From: the human T2T-CHM13v2.0 reference genome, Homo sapiens
Reading direction: 5' to 3' (one strand)
Assembly (NCBI RefSeq): GCF_009914755.1
Contig: NC_060928.1
DNA: 64,000 nt
Part shown: piece by piece, positions 63,620 to 64,000 of the stretch
Position numbering within the stretch: position 1 is the first letter of the stretch
How the letters are laid out: every line of letters starts with the position of its first letter
Made by a program: the position numbers and the translations under genes
Notes under the pieces: generated by a model
What the model was told of the DNA's origin: nothing
What the model saw: the letters and a program-made list of their open reading frames with translations, nothing else
Databases searched by the model: none

Positions 63620-63860
63620 TCAGTATAATACAGAGAGAAAGAACACATTCTCTAGAATCAGACTTTCTGGGTTCAAATCCTGACTCTATTGTTAAATAAA
63701 ATAGGCAAGTTACTCAACCCTTCTAGTTACTTCTTTATCTGTAAAATGAAAATAACAGTGATGTCTTCCTTATGCAGTTATAAGGATTCAATGTCTAATG
63801 TATCTAAACAACCTAAGTAAGCTGTATGGCACATAATAAGCACCAATCAATGCTAGCTGT
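63620..63860 (+). mobile_element. MIR (other MIR/L2 relics also occur, e.g. ~9480-9650, 37120-37290, 44850-46250, 55570-55700)
   Basis: tctgggttcaaatcctgactct; ggcaagttactcaacc; tatctgtaaaatga. Confidence 0.6.
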
Positions 63861-64000
63861 GTTTCTAGACCTATCATAAGCATTATCTTTTAATTAATAA
63901 TCATAATTAGGTTTATATTTGTTTCATGAATAGGGCAAAGTAAGTGAAGATTGGATTTGCATATTTATGAGCATTAGGAACTAGAGACTTTGACATATAT

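Overview
This is primate (very probably human) genomic DNA. The only protein-coding gene is the 3' part of TACR3 (neurokinin-3 receptor) on the minus strand. It comprises exon 4 (15411-15607, TM6-TM7), exon 5 (CDS 13605-13917, helix 8 and C-tail, stop TAA), a long repeat-poor 3' UTR region, and about 48 kb of the large upstream intron; the next upstream exon is not in the window. The first ~440 bp look like the 3' end of a DDX3X-derived processed pseudogene. Nearly all other long ORFs in the track are decayed LINE-1 ORF1/ORF2 pieces, Alu translations or microsatellite artefacts. I find no evidence for a new gene system. The unusual signal is structural. (i) Neighbouring intronic L1 copies of different subfamily age, some inverted and up to 40 kb apart, share patches of non-consensus alleles, suggesting ectopic gene conversion. 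(ii) A nested L1 cluster at 19.7-31.1 kb contains an 851-bp unequal-crossover duplication with a chimeric middle copy and apparent reuse of target sites. (iii) There are several templated inverted duplications or hairpins in non-young-TE sequence (8.65-8.88 kb, 38.1/39.5 kb, 47.0 kb). (iv) An Alu-Alu-L1 block is flanked by a ~125-bp direct duplication. Repeat subfamily labels and consensus alleles come from memory, not from a search, and boundaries of old repeats are approximate.
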